A stretch of DNA of 64,000 nucleotides from the NCBI GenBank assembly GCA_943372125.1, contig CALRXI020000004.1, positions 1,242 through 65,241 of the forward strand, in the 5' to 3' direction. Of this stretch, positions 62,047 through 64,000 are shown piece by piece. The position numbers and the translations under genes are program-made. How positions within the stretch are numbered: the stretch's first letter is position 1; every line of letters starts with the position of its first letter. The notes under the pieces were generated by a model. That model saw only the letters and a list, made by a program, of their open reading frames with translations, had not been told where the DNA came from and made no database searches. This DNA comes from Brevundimonas vancanneytii. GTDB taxonomy: Bacteria; Pseudomonadota; Alphaproteobacteria; Caulobacterales; Caulobacteraceae.

Positions 62047-62661
62047 TCAGTCAGCCTTGCCGCCCTGTGCCGCCTGGCGCGGGCTGAACTTGGGCGCCGG
62101 GGCCAGGCGCATGACCTCGCCCTGATAGCGTTCGTCCTCACCCGCCACGGCGAAGGGCAGGGCGTCGGCGATCGCCGTCAGCATGGGATCGAGCCAGGCC
62201 ATTTCAGCCTTGTGAAAGTCGCCCAGCACGTGCGGCATGACCAGATGGCTCTCGCCCGGATGGCCCACGCCCATCCGGCCGCGCCGGAACTCGGCCCCCA
62301 GGTGGCTGATCAGGGAGCGTATGCCGTTCTGACCGGCCGCCCCGCCGCCGGTCTTCATGCGGAAGCGGCCGGGGGCCAGGTCGATCTCGTCGTGGAAGAC
62401 GATCACCTCGGACGGCTTGATCTTGTAGAAGCGCGCGGCCTCGCCGACGGCCCGGCCGCTCTCGTTCATGAAGGTCTGCGGCTTCATCAGCAGCACCTTG
62501 GTGCCGTCGACCTCGCCGTCTCGCACCACCGACTGGAACTTGGCGCGCTCGGGTCCGAAGCGCCAGCGCCGTGCGATCTCGTCCACGGCCATGAAGCCGA
62601 TGTTGTGACGGTTCTTCTCGTATTTCGGGCCGGGGTTGCCCAGGCCGGCGATGATGATCAT
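62047..62661 (-). CDS. pth: Peptidyl-tRNA hydrolase
   Basis: GLGNPG, RHNIGF, KPQTFMNESG, HDEID, GQNG. Confidence 0.97.
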   Translation of the reverse strand: MIIIAGLGNPGPKYEKNRHNIGFMAVDEIARRWRFGPERAKFQSVVRDGEVDGTKVLLMKPQTFMNESGRAVGEAARFYKIKPSEVIVFHDEIDLAPGRFRMKTGGGAAGQNGIRSLISHLGAEFRRGRMGVGHPGESHLVMPHVLGDFHKAEMAWLDPMLTAIADALPFAVAGEDERYQGEVMRLAPAPKFSPRQAAQGGKAD

Positions 62662-62680
62662 GGCGCGCTCCGGATAAGGA

Positions 62681-62712
62681 AACGGCCCACTCCGTCACCG
62701 GAATGGGCCGTT
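62681..62712 (-). terminator. Hairpin between rplY and pth (partial terminator or stabiliser)
   Basis: Minus strand AACGGCCCATTCCG-GTGA-CGGAGTGGGCCGTT followed by TCCTT. Confidence 0.55.
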
Positions 62713-62736
62713 GCCGCAACTGTCGTCTCGAAGGGT

Positions 62737-63438
62737 TCAGTCTTCGGTCTTGTCTTCGGGGTTCTCTTCGTCGCCCTGCTCGGTGGCGGGCACGTCGCCG
62801 GCTTCGATGGCGGCGGCTTCGGCCTCGGCCTGCTCCTCGGCGATGGCTTCCTCGATCTCGTCAGCAGCCTTGGCAGCCGAAGAGGTCTTGATGGAGGCGA
62901 TCACGAAGTCGCGGTCGGTGATGGTCGGCTCGACGTCGTCGGTGTTCTTCAGGTCGGACCAGCGGATGGTGTCACCCAGCTTGTGACCGGCCAGGTCGAC
63001 GATCAGGTCTTCGGGGATGTGGTCGGCGCGGACCTTCACCTCGACGGCGTGACGGACGATTTCCAGCGAGCCACCCTGACGGAAGGCGCCGCACTGATCT
63101 TCGTTGATGAAGTGAACGGGCACTTCGATCGTGATGGTCTGCTTCTCGTCGACGCGCATCAGGTCGAAGTGCAGGGGACGGTCTGTGACCGGGTCGAACT
63201 GGACCTCACGGGCGATGACCGACTGGGTCTCCTTGCCGTACTTCAGCTTGACCAGATGGCCCAGCAGCTTGCCGGTGTAGAGCGACTTGCGGAAGTCGCG
63301 CTCGTTCACCGAGATGGCGACGGGGGCCTTGTCGCCACCGTACAGCACGCCGGGGACCAGGCCGGCGCGACGCGCGGCGCGGGCGCCACCGGTGCCGACG
63401 CCTTCACGGACGTCTACGTTCAGAATGATGTCGGCCAT
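62737..63438 (-). CDS. rplY: 50S ribosomal protein L25 / general stress protein Ctc
   Basis: GGARAARRAGLVPGVLYG, QFDPVTD, HFDL, acidic tail. Confidence 0.96.
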   Translation of the reverse strand: MADIILNVDVREGVGTGGARAARRAGLVPGVLYGGDKAPVAISVNERDFRKSLYTGKLLGHLVKLKYGKETQSVIAREVQFDPVTDRPLHFDLMRVDEKQTITIEVPVHFINEDQCGAFRQGGSLEIVRHAVEVKVRADHIPEDLIVDLAGHKLGDTIRWSDLKNTDDVEPTITDRDFVIASIKTSSAAKAADEIEEAIAEEQAEAEAAAIEAGDVPATEQGDEENPEDKTED

Positions 63439-63593
63439 GGCCTCGCCTCAACAACGAAAAGCGGCGCGTGGCTGTTTCTCGGCCGCGCGCCGGGGTCGGT
63501 AGACCCTGAATTCAAGAGCGCGGGTCATTACACGCAAGCGTCCGGAGACGCAACAGTGGCGGCGCGGACTTTCCGCCACCTGACCCGCAGGGC

Positions 63594-63998
63594 TTATCGA
63601 CCGCTGTTCAGCGCCGCTGTGGCCGAGGTGGAAGCGGCTGCGGCTTCCGCCGCGATCGGGGTCTGGACAGGGCCGGCAGCCGTGTCCGCCACGCTGCTGG
63701 CGGGCACGGTGATCCCGACAGGGTTCAGGGTCTGGGCTGTGCAGGTGGCCAGGTCGCGGGCGACGTGACGACCGACGCAGAAGATGTCCTCATAGCTGGG
63801 GCGCGAGGCGGCCAGGCACTGGAACAGCATCAGCTTGGACATGTTCAGGCAGAACTCGCTGTTCTGCTCGACCGTCAGGGCCTCGGTGCTGGCGCGGGCG
63901 TCCTCGCCGCCAGCCCCCAGAGCCGCCAGTGCGGCCAGGGCCAGCGAACGGACGACGGCGGGCGTATAGGGCGGGCCGGAGCGGGTCGGGCTGACCGA
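63594..63998 (-). CDS. Hypothetical protein, 5' end outside the window
   Basis: Frame is open to the window edge: ...RSLALAALAALG...FCLNMSKLMLFQCLAASRPSYEDIFCVGRH... Confidence 0.75.
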   Translation of the reverse strand, partial: SVSPTRSGPPYTPAVVRSLALAALAALGAGGEDARASTEALTVEQNSEFCLNMSKLMLFQCLAASRPSYEDIFCVGRHVARDLATCTAQTLNPVGITVPASSVADTAAGPVQTPIAAEAAAASTSATAALNSGR

Positions 63999-64000
63999 CA

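Overview
GC-rich alphaproteobacterial chromosome segment. Gene order and protein style point to Caulobacteraceae, probably Brevundimonas (inference). It is mostly core genome: hemF, trmL, petABC, a KAS III, tRNA-Ile2(CAT), panD, sppA, an amidase, rnpB, the dcw cluster mraZ to murG (which stops at murG), smc, two dsbA-like genes, DUF721, mutY, ccrM, katE, ppdK, ychF, pth and rplY. Small accessory insertions lie between these genes: an AraC / esterase-cupin fusion / MIase-like islet, a SnoaL-like gene, orphan ORFs, a GT4 plus debranching-enzyme pair, and a DUF2946-TBDR-PepSY-PCu(A)C copper module. I saw no integrase, transposase, prophage or CRISPR array. The most unusual signals are non-coding. 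First, a small hairpin element (core CTCAAGCAGCGA...GCGNTAG) occurs three times with compensatory stem changes, twice inside the reading frames of core genes (KAS III, murF). Second, an orphan ORF is bracketed by directly oriented GTCCGC/GCGGAC-type hairpins, like a gene cassette. Third, there are three further palindromic repeat families. Fourth, murD contains a compositionally foreign patch. All calls come from reading the sequence and motifs; no database searches were run.
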